From contig JBHGNT010000005.1 of assembly GCA_043228905.1 (NCBI GenBank), forward strand, positions 18,042,001 to 18,106,000: a DNA stretch of 64,000 nt. The letters run 5' to 3'. Below, piece after piece: positions 24,777-37,400 of the stretch. The notes under the pieces are model-generated. The model saw nothing but the letters and a program-made list of their open reading frames with translations, was not told where the DNA came from and ran no database searches. A program made the position numbers and the translations under genes. The DNA comes from Azolla caroliniana. Lineage: Eukaryota; Plantae; Polypodiophyta. How positions within the stretch are numbered: position 1 is the stretch's first letter; each line of letters begins with the position of its first letter.

Positions 24777-27700
24777 TGCTTCAAGTGGGTAGGGATTCAA
24801 ACTGTCACGGACACACTAACCCTAGACTACAACAAAGCACAGATGACAAGGCTATGACTGATAAGGTTACGAGTGTGGAACTTGACGTGATGAGGCTAGA
24901 AACTGGGGAAGTTGGGAGCAACGAGATGAGGAACTTAAGATGCTAAGAACAATACAAGAGCAGAAAGGCAAAGACGTAAATCAAGGAGAGAAGATGGGGC
25001 TAAAGAAGAATACTAGATTTATGTCTCAATGACTAGCGTTGAATCCCTTGAAAGGGATCAAGGAAGTACAAGTATTTATACATGTTTGTGGCCTCTACAT
25101 GTAGTTCCATGCATCGACCCATTTTCATGCAGAAGCTTCTGGAGCTTTCTGGAAGCTTCTAAAAACTCCTAGAACTTGGAATAGATAATCTACTAATAAT
25201 CTACTAAGATATAAATAACATGACCATGTATTTGGATGTGTTGGTTAGAATATAACACTTGACTATATACAAGAGGTTAAGAGTTTGAATCTTGACATGA
25301 CTATTGTCATGTCCGTGACAATGAGTCTATACAACAACTTTGATGAAGAGACGAGCACTGACGTCCTGTGGAAGAAGATTGACGTGACGATAAAAAACAA
25401 AAACGCCGTGAACAGAGTCTCAGTTTTCAAAAAAACCATGAGACTCCGGTATCAAGACGGATCCGGCATGGCAGAGCACATTAATGCCTTCCAAGGACTG
25501 ATGAACCAAACCACCTCTCTAGAAGTACCTCTTGCCTATGAGGTATTAGTTGTATTGTTGCTGGGATCCCTTCCGGACAACTGGGAAACGTTGGTTGTCA
25601 CATTGGGCAATGCGAGACCAGAAGGGAAACATCTATCCCGAGAGCAGGTGAAGTCGAGCTTACTAAATGAGGAAGTTCACTGGAAGGACTAAGAGTCAAA
25701 TACCAACCCGAAGGCCCTCGTCACGGAAAGTGACACAAATCGAGGAAGAGGCCGAAATCGAAGGCCCTTGTCATGGAAAGTGACATGAATCAAGGAAGAG
25801 GCCGAAATCGAAGTCCCCAGAATTGAGATAAGTCGGGGACGAGGTCGAAGTTGAGGGGAAGGCCCACATGCTTCTATTGTGGGAAGCTGGGGCACTTCCA
25901 AAAGAATTGCTAACACTTTCGAAAGAGAAAGGGGGAGCTGATGGTGTAGTGCAGAAGAAAATTCCGGACAAAAAGAACACCTCAATAATCGCCGTGAGTG
26001 AAGAGGAACTGTTATTCAACAGTGAACAAAATGAAGGCAACCTCGTCAGCGAAGAATCAACATGGGTGGTCGATTCAGGTGCGTCGTTTCACCTAACCCC
26101 CGACCGAATGTGCTTCTCATCTTACAAGGCCGGAGACCACGGTCTTGTAAAAATGGGGAATGAAGGATCATGCCGAATCGTCGGTATAGGAGATGTGTGT
26201 CTGATGACATCCACCGGGTGCAGACTTGTGCTGAGGGATGTTCGGCACGTTCTGGAAGTTTGACTGAACTTGATATCAGCCGGTTGGCTAGATGATGAAG
26301 GCTACACGAGTAGCATCCGGAACGATGTCATGAAGCTCTGCAAGGGGAGCCTGATCATGACTCGAGCCCGGGAAACCAACACACTGTACATAATGAATGC
26401 TCCATTATGCTGAAACGAGATAAATGTGGTAGCCGACACAGCCGGTGAGTTGTGGCATAAGAGGATGTGCCACATGAGCCATAAGGGAATGCAGATGCTA
26501 GCCGAGAAAGACCTCCTGCCATAGATGAATAAAGTGCATCTGGACAAATGTGCCCATTGCCTAGCCGACAAATAGAATAGAGCCGCATTCCGACCGAGGC
26601 CTCTGATTTAGAAGAATACCGTCCTAGAACTCGTACACACCGATGTATGCTATGTAGTATTTCGTTACCTTCATTGATGAGTAGATTCGTAAGTTGTGGA
26701 CTTACGTACTAGGGGTTTTCAAGGAGTTCCATGTGAGAACCGAGAGAGAAACCGGCTGAAAATTGAAGGTGGTCTGAACGGACAATGGCAGTGAATATCG
26801 AGGGCAATTCGAAGAGTACTGCCAAACCCAAGGTATTCAGCTAGAGTATACGGTGCCAAAAACACCAGAGCTCAATGGCATGACCGAGAGAATGAACCAG
26901 ACTATCATGGAGAAAGTCCAATGTATGTTGGCACATGACAAATTGCTGAAGATCTACTAGGCCGAGGCATTGATGACAGTCGTTTATGTGATAAACAGGC
27001 CTCCCTCAGTCCCACTAGAAGGTGACATACCACAAAGGGTATGGTCCGGCAAAGAGGTGTCATATCAGCATCTAAGGGTGTTCGGTTGCCTAGCCTACGT
27101 GCATGTGGTAAGGACCAGAGGGGGAAACTCGATCCAAGAGCCGACTGAGTCTGTTTCTCAGCTATGGTGATGACGAATTTGGCTATCGGCTATGGGACTT
27201 ATCCGAGAAGAAGGGGATTAGGAGCCGAGACATCGTCTTCATGGAAAAGAAGATGATTGTCGATTGGGAGATTGAGAATAAGTCTCCAACTACCGAATTG
27301 AGTTGAGTCGATTCGATCGAAATCAAATCCGAGCCAGTTGGCCAATTTAATACTCAGCAAAATCGAGAACCGACTGAAGAACAAGGAGAACTGGTCGAAC
27401 GAGGAACCGAATTAGACTTGGCCAAAGAAGTTGAAGAAGAACCGATCGTGCCAAATGGAGGCCGAAGATATCCCCTGAGAGAGAGGAGGGACCCCCGAAG
27501 ATTTCCGGAGAAAGAGTATGTATTACTAACCGATGAGGGGGAGCCAGAAAGCTTTGAAGAAGCTAAGAACAATACCCTCTAGTGCCATGCAAGAGGAGAG
27601 GGAATCCTTGCATGAGAACCACACATACAAATTGATCGAGTTGCCGAAAGGGAAAAGGGCACTCTGGAATAAATGGGTATACAAGTTGAAACCGGGAGAT

Positions 27701-27821
27701 GGCCGAAATCCACCTCAGTATAAAGCTTGAATCGTTCTCAAAGGCTTTCAGCTCAAAAAGGGTGTAGATTTCGATGAGATCTTTGCCCTGGTAGTCAAGA
27801 TGATGTCAATCCGAACAGTGA

Positions 27822-27848
27822 TGTCACAAACATGGTGTGTTCGTGACA
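27822..27848. mobile_element. 27-bp collapsed LTR remnant with TSD
   Basis: TGTCACAAACATGGTGTGTTCGTGACA flanked by TSD AGTGA (27817-27821, 27849-27853), interrupting the RT of element C (IRTV|MSI). Confidence 0.8.
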
Positions 27849-29618
27849 AGTGATGAGCATCGCGGCCGGCATGGATCTCAACGTTGAGCAGCTGGACATT
27901 AAGACTAGCTTCCTTCATGGAGATTTGGAGGAAGAGATATACATGCACCAGCCAAAAGGATTCAAAGAAAAAGGTAAAGAAAACCTGGCATGTCGATTGA
28001 GAAAGAGCTTGTATGGGTTGAAGCAGGCACCTCGACAATGGTACCGAAAGTTCGAATCTTTCATGGTGGATCACGGTTTTGGCAAGACACAACCTGATCA
28101 TTGTGACTTTGTCAAGAAGTATGATAGAGGAGATTTTATCATCCTCCTATTGTATGTTCATGACATGTTGATTGTCGAACAGAACCCGAGGAAAATCGGA
28201 AGTTTGAAGAAGGCCTTGAGGAGGTCGTTCTCGATGAAAGATATGGGTCCGGCAAGACAAATCCTAGGAATGCACATTTTTCGGGATCGAACAAACAAAT
28301 TGTTATGGTTGTCATAGGAGAAGTATGTGACAAAAGTGCTCCAGAGATTCAACATGGAAAGCATGAAACTGGTCGGCTCAACACTGCCAACGAACTCCAA
28401 GCTAAGCAAAGAACAATGTCCAAAATTGAAAACCGAGAAGGCCGAGATGTCAAAAGTCCCTTATGCCTTGGCAGTCGGAAACCTGATGCATGCAATGGTG
28501 TGTACAAGGTCGGACATTGGATACGCAGTCGAAGCGGTCAATCGATATATATAAGCAATTCCAAAAGAGAGCATTGGGTAGCAATCAAGTGGATACTCCG
28601 GTACCTAAGAGGCACCTCAAGCGTGTGCCTCCGATTCGAACATGTCGACTGATGTGGATACCATCCGATCCACGTTCGGATACGTAATGACGTATGCAGG
28701 GGGAGTTGTTTCGTGGTAGTGGAGGCTACAAAATGTTGTGGCATTGTCGACCACGGAAGCCGAGTACCTGACCACAGCAGAAGCCGGCAAGGAAGTAATA
28801 TGGATGAAGGAGCTTATCAGTGAGCTGGGAATTCGGCAAGAAGAATTTCAACTCTATTGTGATAATCAGAGTATCATCCACCTTGTGAAGAATGCCGCCT
28901 ACCACTCGAGGATCAAGCACATCTAGAGGAGATATCATTGGCTCCGAGTGTGAGTAGAAGAAAAGGAATTTGCTTTGACGAAGATCCACACAACCGAAAA
29001 TGGATCGAACATGTTGACGACGGTGCTGTCAGTAGAGAAGCTGAACGAGTGCGGATAGAGAGTCGGATTGGTAAAGTACCCCATGCCATAGTGAAGGGGG
29101 AGTTTGTTGGGAAAACCATATCCCTCCGGATGGGATGAGTTGAAACTGAAATCGAGAATCAATTTCGTGACCGATTCAAGAGTCTATAATTGTAAATAGT
29201 CTGGATGTGCCCCTGTGGGCTATGTATGTAAATAGCCAGAAAGTTGTTTTAGTATATAAACAACTAGAAAAACTTTAAGTAGTGAGTGATGTAGTTGATC
29301 ATTATTTAGTTGTATTGTGACACAGAAGGTAGTTGTGTAAGAGTTAGTAACTCTACAATCGTCAGTTAGACGAAGAAGAACTCGAGGTCGTTGCCTCCGA
29401 GTTTCTTATTGTATTTCTCCTTTATCATAGTGATTTTGTTTCTCAGGGTTTATGGACCCCCGTGGTTTTTTCCTATTTTGGGTTTTTGACGTTAAATATC
29501 TTGTGTTTCTGTTTTTTCGTTTTTTTGCCCCTCATTTTCTATATGAGCATTATCTTGCTTGTTTCTTTGCACCCGAACGCATATGTGGAACCAGTTGTGG
29601 CCAATCTCGATTCTAATA

Positions 29619-32600
29619 ACATCTTTGATGAGAAAGATCGTGAGACTGAAGATTAGAGACAGAGAAATAATAGTAGTACACATCAATACATTCATGGGGC
29701 TAGTAAATCAACTTGACTCTAGTTCATTTGACTCCGGTGCATCATTCCATATAACTCCCTCAAGAGAGTGTTTCTCGACTTACACAACCAGTGACCATGG
29801 CTACATAAAGATGGGGGATAATGGAGAATGCAGGATAGCCAACATTGGAAGTGTGTGCCTGACAACGTCGACTAGTTGTCGGCTGACCCTGAGGGATGTT
29901 TGGCATGTCCCTAATATCAGGTTGAATATGATATCAACTAGAAGATTGGACGATAAAGTCTACAATGGTAGTTTTTGAAATGGCAAATGGAAGTTCTGTC
30001 TGGGGAACCTCATAGTGGCCCGAGCACAGAAACAACGCACATTTATATCATGCAAGCCAAGCTGTGCAAGGATGAAGCGAATGTGGCTTCCAACTCAAGT
30101 AGAGAGATATGGCATAAGAGGCTGGCCAAATGAGAGAAAAGGGTATGCATATCCTAGCTGACTAGAAACTTCTTCCAGAAGAAAAAGGAGTGCATCTGGA
30201 GAAGTGTGTTGACTGCTTGGTTGGAAAGCAAAATAGAGTTGCATTCCACTCAAGACCACCAAGGGGAACAGAAGTTGCATTGGAACTAGTACACACATAT
30301 GTGTGCTACATGGATGCTCCGTCGCATCGACGAGGACAATATTTTGTGATATTCATTGACGATTACATTCGAAAGTTGTGGGCTTTCATACTGAAGTCGA
30401 AGGATCAAGTATTGTCGGTATTCAAGGAGTTCCAGGACAGAGCGGAAAGAGAGTCAGATCGGAACCTAAAGGATGTCTGAACCAACAACGATGGCGAGTA
30501 AAGAGGACAGTTCGAAGAATACTGCAAGGCCCAAGGTATTCGAGTTGAATACATAGTACCTAAGACCCCTGAGCTGAATGGACTTGTAGAGAGGATGAAT
30601 TCGAGGATAATGGAAAGAGTGAGGAGCATGTTGTCGAATGCAAAGCTGCCGAAATCATATTGGGCTGAGGCAATGTATACGGTTGTTTATCTGATCAAGG
30701 GGTCTCCCTCAGTGCCTCTAAAAGATGATGTTCCACAAAGGGTGTGGTCAGGTAAATATATCTCTTACCAAAATCTGAAAGTGTTCGGATGCCTTGTATA
30801 TATGCATGTAGCTAAGGATCAGAGGTCGAAGCTCGACAACAAGTCGAAACCATGCATATTCTTGGGGTATTTGGAGGATAAATTCGGCTATAGGATGTGG
30901 GACATTCTCGATAAGAAGGTTGCAAGGAATTGAGACTTAGTGTTTATGGAAGAAAAAACAATCAAACACTGGAAACAACAACAGTCAGGGTCGTCTTCTC
31001 GATCGACTCCGACACAGGATTAGTCGACCCAACACAACCGACTAGGAGAATGTAGCTAGTCGGAAGAGCCGAATCTGAGACGGTCGACTCGGAGCAACCT
31101 ACTAATACATATGAGTCGAAGTTGATAGAGTTATAGGAGTCGGTTGAGGCATATGAGTCAGATTCAGTTGAACTCTAACAATCAACCAACATGCATGAAC
31201 TCAAGCTGAATGAAGAGTCGGCAGAGACATCCGAACTTGAGCCGACCATGGGAGACAGGACATATCCACTCAGAGAAAGGAGAGCACTGACTAGATATGC
31301 TAGTCAATATGTCCTTTTGATTGATGAAGGTGAGTCAAAGTGCTATGATGAGGCCATAGTTGATGAGCATAAAGGGAAATGGCTAAGTGCAATGCAAGAT
31401 GAAATGAACTCCTTTCAAGAAAATTATACTTATGACTTGGTGGACCTACCAAAAGGTAAGAGAGCACTCAGGAATAAATGGGTCTACAAGGTGAAGACAA
31501 GAGAAGTAAGCAACACACCTAGATATAAAGCTTGCATTGTGGTGAAGGGATTTCAACAGAAAAGGGGTGTCGACTTTGACGAGATATTCACACCAGTCAT
31601 GAAGATGACATCCATCCAAACTATTTTGAGCATAACTACCAGTATGGATATGGAGATTGAACAATTGGATGTCAAGACAACATTCTTGCATGAGGAGCTA
31701 AAAGAAGAGATCTATATGTAGCAACTTGAAGGCTTTGTAGAGAAAGGAAAAGAGAACCTGGTGTGTTGACTGAACAAAAGCTTGTATGGTCTGAAGCAAG
31801 CTCCATGCCAATGGTACAAGAAATTTGAATCCTTCATGATGGAAGATGGGTTCCATAAAACACAAGCCGATCACTGTGTGTTTGTAAAAAGGTATGATGA
31901 AGGTGACATCCATCCGAACTATTTTGAGCATAACTGCCAGTATGGATCTGGAGATTGAACAGTTGGATGTCAAGACAACATTCTTGCATGGGGAGCTAGA
32001 TGAAGAGATCTATATGCAGCAACCCGAAGGCTTTGTAGAGAAAGGAAAAGACAACCCGGTGTGTCGATTGAACAAAAGGTTGCATGGTTTGAAGCAAGCT
32101 CCATGCCAATGGTAGAAGAAGTTTGAATCCTTCATGTTGGAACATGGGTTCCATAAAACACAAGCCAATCGTTGTGTATTTGTAAAAAGGTATGATGAAG
32201 GTGACTTCTTGATTCTCCTATTATATGTAGATGACATGTTAATAGTCAGATATGACGCAAAGAGGATTGTGAGCTTGAAGAAAGCATTAGGCAAATCGTT
32301 TGCCATGAAAGACCTTGGACCGGCTAAACAGATCTTAGGGGTGCACATAGTTCAAGACAAAACTAAGAAGGTGCTATGGCTGTCACAAGAGAAATATGTG
32401 ACAAAGATCTTAGAAAGATTTAACATGTTAGGGTCAAAGACAGTCAGTTATGTGTTGTTGACAAACCACAAGCTGAATGTCAAGCAATGCACCAAAGGGG
32501 AGAAGGAAAAGGCTGAGATGAGGAAAGTACCATATGCCTCGACCATCAGCAGTTTAATGTATGCTATGGTTTGTATGAGGCCAGACATAGCATTTGTTGT

Positions 32601-33143
32601 GGGAGTAGTAAGCTGATATATGAGTAATCCAGGAAGAGAACACTGGGCAGCAGTGAAATGGATACTTAGGTACTTGAAAGGCACTTGACGGGTATGCCTT
32701 AGGTATGGTTCCGGAAAACCTATGCTCGAAGGCTTTACTGATTCGGACATGTCAGGGGATGTAGAGTCAAGCAGATCCACTTCATGGTTATGTGATGACC
32801 TATGTAGGGGGAGCAGTGTTATGGCAGTCAAGACTGTAGAAGATTGTGGCTCTGTCCACCACAAAGGCAGAATATATGGCTGCGGTGGAGGCAAGAAAGG
32901 AGATGATATGGATGAAGAACTTTCTCAGTGAACTGGGAATGACGCAAGAAAGATTCTTGCTACATTGTGATAATCAGAGTGCCATACATTTACTCAAAAA
33001 TGCAGCGCATCACTCTTGACCAAACACATACAAAGAAGGTATCACTGGTTGCGAGAGAAAGCGGATGAAGGAGAGTTTACCCTTGTGAAGATCCATATTG
33101 ACGACAATGGATCCGACATGCTCACCAAGAACCTGCCTATGGA
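29619..33143 (+). mobile_element. Decayed Ty1/copia element E, internal region only
   Basis: gag 'SLMRKIVRLK', DSGAS, INT, RT 'LLYVDDML' and RNase H remnants. No LTRs. Contains a 298-bp tandem duplication in RT. Confidence 0.85.
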
Positions 33144-33531
33144 CAGAATCAGAGTCTGTCCACAGTGTCTTAATTGATGTGGGCTTGAATTCAAGAAAGC
33201 AATACATCATATTGTGGTGGTCACATGGACCACACCTAGATTAGGCCCCTACCAAGCCCCATGCACCACACATAGACCACACCCAAATTAGGCCCCTACC
33301 AAGCCTCATGCACCACACCCAAACTAGGCCCCCACCAAGCCCCATAATTAGTAGAGCTAATTGGAGCGGGAGAACACCCTCCACGCTAAGAGAGAGTCTA
33401 TAAAATGTAACTTGAGACATAAGGAAAAGAAGGCTATTCTTGAGAGCATTTCACATCTTGAGCATTTCACATCTTGGTGGAGAAGACGGGCCAAGCCACC
33501 CCAACTCACGACCCCAACAACGCCCACCACG

Positions 33532-34475
33532 ATGCAACACGACAACAACGACGGCAACGCAAACTCGATGAATCCGGAATTCCTACAACACAATCAAGGA
33601 CACCAGCCCACATCGCCAATCGACCAACTGGTTCAAGCTCTGTCCAACATCATTTTACAAGTTAACCATACTAACCAAGCCATGTTGTCCTTTCTTTCAG
33701 CACGATCCGAGCCACAACAAAATCTCCCGGACTCTCGAGTTCGCCCAAAACCGTTCTCCGGCCTACCATCGGAGGACGTCCTCTCTTGGCTGGATCATTT
33801 CGAAATGGTGGCCAGTTACGACCAGTGGCCACACCCTCGGAAGGCAATGGAGATGAAGACACTCCTCGAGAATATCGCGGCAACATGGCTTGTACAACAA
33901 CCCGAAGAGACACGCAACGACTGGGATCTGTTACGGGCAGCCATGATTCGGAATTTTGCTCATCAAGACTCCCGCCAGACGGCCCTACAACAACTTGAGT
34001 CAATTACCCAACAACCACGCGAACCCATCACCCAGTTCGCGGTTCGTTTTGTGCAGATCCTACGCCGGGCTGACACCAACATGTCGGAGGACATGAAGTT
34101 GTTTTTTTTCTGGCCGCGTATACGACATGACCTCCGCCGTCGTGTACGCGATCAAGGCCCGACGACACTACACGAAGCCATCCTCAACGCATCGAAGCTG
34201 CAGACGCGCATGACATGCACACACCAGGTAATCTCAGTCATGATCATACAAACACTATACCAGCCGTCACTCCCATGGACATCGACATCCAGATCGCGCA
34301 ATTACGTGCCAAGCGTGCATTGCCCGAACGAGACAGCCAGGGACGCCCCAAATGTTTCTACTGCAACAACTATGGCCACATTCGGCGTCACTGCCGAAAG
34401 TGGCAGAATCACCAACAGAAGCAGAACGTCCAATTAGCTGACGCTGCCTCCCTCTCTGAGCTCCCAGAAAACTAA
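33532..34475 (+). pseudogene. Gypsy gag with one internal frameshift near 34180-34190
   Basis: The capsid-like 'PKPFSGLPSEDVLSWLDHFE' lies in one frame. The C-terminal 'PMDID...CFYCNNYGHIRRHC' zinc knuckle lies in another frame, ending GAAAACTAA. Confidence 0.85.
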
Positions 34476-37400
34476 TGCGCGGGGTGCCGCAGGGAGAGCC
34501 GCCCCCGCACGTCCACGTCTCCACGTCCTCAACTTCTCCCGTTTCTCCCACGATCGAGCCGCCCCCGCACGTCCATGCCTCCACTTCATCAACTTCGCCC
34601 GTTTGTACCACAATCGCCCGCCTCCAGCACACGACCCAAGAAGTTCTCCTCGACTCCGGCAGCAGCATCTCTTCCATCAGAGCAGATTTAGTCACCCAAT
34701 TACAACTTCCCACGAGCCACGCACCGCCCATTAAAATCCTCTTCGGCGACCAACAACGGGTGTACCACTCACATACGCAAGTCAGGTGCATGCTCACCAT
34801 TAGTTCCGCCCAGATCCACCATCGTTTCTACGTCCTCCCGCGCCAGTTGTTCCCAATCACCTTGGGATGTGATTGGTTCCTCCATAGTCGAGCCTGTCTC
34901 GATTTCTCCGCACAACAGCTCATCCTCCCAAATCACATTCCGATCGCGCTCTTCACTACTCCGCGGGATACCACCCACATCAGCTACACACAGTACCTGA
35001 TATCACCGGCGGAGCGCATCAACGACATCAGACGGCTCCTCGCCACCTTTCCCTCGTTGTCTACACCACCTGTAAAACCTCCCTCGGTCCGTTTTCCAAT
35101 TCACCACACGATTCCTACAGGCAACGCCCGCCCCATCAATGCAGCTCCCCGACGTCGCTCGCCTCTCGACCACGAGCGCATCGACAACGCCGTCAAAACT
35201 ATGCTCCAACAAGGGATTATCACACCTTCCAAGAGCGAGTGGATCTCGGAGCCACACATGGTAAAGAAAGGGGATGGTTCTTACCGCTTTTGTGTCGACT
35301 TCCGACAACTGAACCATGTCACCACCCATGACCGATACCCTCTCCCTCGTATCGATGACCTCCTCGACCAGCTTGGCAAATCAAAGTACTTCACCTCCCT
35401 CGATCTAGCCTCGGGATATTGGCAGATCCCGATGAATCCTCACGATGCCCACAAAACTGCATTCCGCACTAGGAAAGGCATTTTTCAATTCACACGGATG
35501 CCCTTTGGCCTATCTGATGCGGGGAGCACATTCCAGCGAATGGCTAATGCCATCTTCGATGATCTCATCACCCGCCGTGTCGTCATCGTCTATCTAGACG
35601 ATATTCTGGTACATACAAGCACTTGGGCAGAACACCTTCAAGTCCTTCGGGAGGTCCTAACTTGTGTTCAACGCTATCGATTGCAGCTGCAATGGAAGAA
35701 GTGTCGATGGGGTTGTACGTGCCTCCGCTTCCTTGGGTACGTCATCTCCTCCGACGGAATACAAATGGACCCGGAGAAGACAGAAGCAGTCCAAAAATTC
35801 CCACGCCCCACAACAGTCAAGCAGCTTCAACGCTTCCTCGGCCTCCTCACGTTCTCTCTTCGTTTCATCCCACGGCTAGCCGACCTGTCAGCCCCACTAC
35901 GCGCGCTCCTACAAAAAGACGCACCCTTCCTGTGGACCGAAGCCTGCGAGTCCAGCTTCCTGCAGCTCAAGAGAACACTCCAAGCCTCTGACCTCCTGGC
36001 CCACCCTGATTTCACGAAGCCTTTCCATCTGCAGACGGATGCCTCCAATGTCTGCCTTGGTGCGGTCCTGCTCCAATCCGACGACAACGACCAACTCCGC
36101 CCGATTGCCTACATCAGTCGGTCACTTACCAAAGCCGAACAAAATTACTCGACAACTGAAAAAGAGTTCCTCGCCATCGTCTGGGCATTCCATCGTTTCC
36201 ACCCATACCTTCACGGATCAAATACATCAGTCGAAACCGACCATCAGCCATTGCTCTCCCTCATAAAGAAGGCTCATCCACCCGGCCGCTTACTTCGTTG
36301 GGTTTTGGCGCTACAGGATTACACATTCACTCTGCGCTATCGCCATGGTCCACAAAACATCGTCGCCGATGGATTATCCCGCATATCCTTTCAGGCGAAC
36401 CAGATCACCTCCAACACAATCAATTTCCCCATATCCTCGTCCCAAATGGCCAACATGCAACAACACGACAAACAAATCCAAGATATCTGCCACTGCCTAC
36501 GAGCTGAACTGACATCATCCCTCACCAAGCAATTCATGATCCAGGATAATGTCCTACTTTTTTGTCAAGTAGGCAAAGAACCCCGAGTCTACGTGCCTGA
36601 GCAACTACGCCAGTCTTACCTTCGTTTCTTCCACGATCACCCGTTGTCCGGCCACTTGGGTTTTCATAAGGTGCTCGACAAAATTCGTCGCAAATTCTAT
36701 TGGCCTGGGCTACGCCACGAGGTCGCCTCCTACATCAAAGCATGCAACTTATGTCAGGCCATCAAATCACCTCAAGTGGCTCAAGGCCTCTTACATCCGA
36801 TACAAGTTCAAGCTCCATTTGAAATCGTCGGATGGGACATTATGGGCCCCTTTCCCGAGTCACAAGGAGGGAACAAATTCATCCTCGTCATCACCGAGTA
36901 CTTGACGCGTTGGGCTGAGACGGCCGCTATCCCAGATGCAAAGGCTATGACCATCGCCTCCAAACTATTGGAGAAAATCATCTTCCCCCACGGTTGCCCA
37001 CTCCAAATCTTGTCCGATCGAGGACCCCAGTTCAACAGTGAGCTCCTACGCCTCGTTTCAACACAACTAGGAATCCAACAGTTATTCACGTCACCCTACC
37101 ATCCGCAAACGAATGGGTTGACGGAGCGCCTCAATCGAACCTTAAAACAACAAATCTCAGCCTACATCGATCCGCTGCACTCAACCTGGGACCGAATCTT
37201 GCCCTTCGTTACGCATGCCTACAACACAACTGTGCAAGCCTCTACCCGCATTAGCCCATTTCGGGCCCTTTACGGAAGGGACCCGCGCTTACCCCCAGAA
37301 GTGGCAGTCCCGCAACCAACCACACGACTCCACGCTGACGCAGTGTCTTGGTGGTCCCACCTACGACAACTCCAGCCCCTCCTCCGCAAAGCCATCACGA

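Larger units (their letters stand above)
22908..25320 (-). mobile_element. Non-autonomous LTR element D (TRIM/LARD-like, no gag/pol), probably self-priming
   Basis: TSD ATGAG (22903-22907, 25321-25325). Direct repeats 22908-23409 and 24803-25320 with TGTCA...TGACA ends. Minus-strand PPT TGGGAGGATAA (23410-23420). PBS position reads GTTTGAATCCCT (24791-24802). The interior is mostly tandem repeats. Confidence 0.9.
22648..29618 (+). mobile_element. Decayed Ty1/copia element C (5' LTR mostly deleted)
   Basis: LTR tail 22648-22686, PBS TGGTATCAGAGC at 22689, gag ATG at 22702. Interrupted by element D. gag-pol remnants run to ~29090, then PPT GTGAAGGGGGAG. 3' LTR 29105-29618 has a tail matching the 5' remnant. 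Confidence 0.88.

Noticed and set aside
33361-33531. ORF-track start of gag inside the LTR
   Set aside because: It is a TTG start upstream of the PBS. The ATG at 33532 is more plausible.
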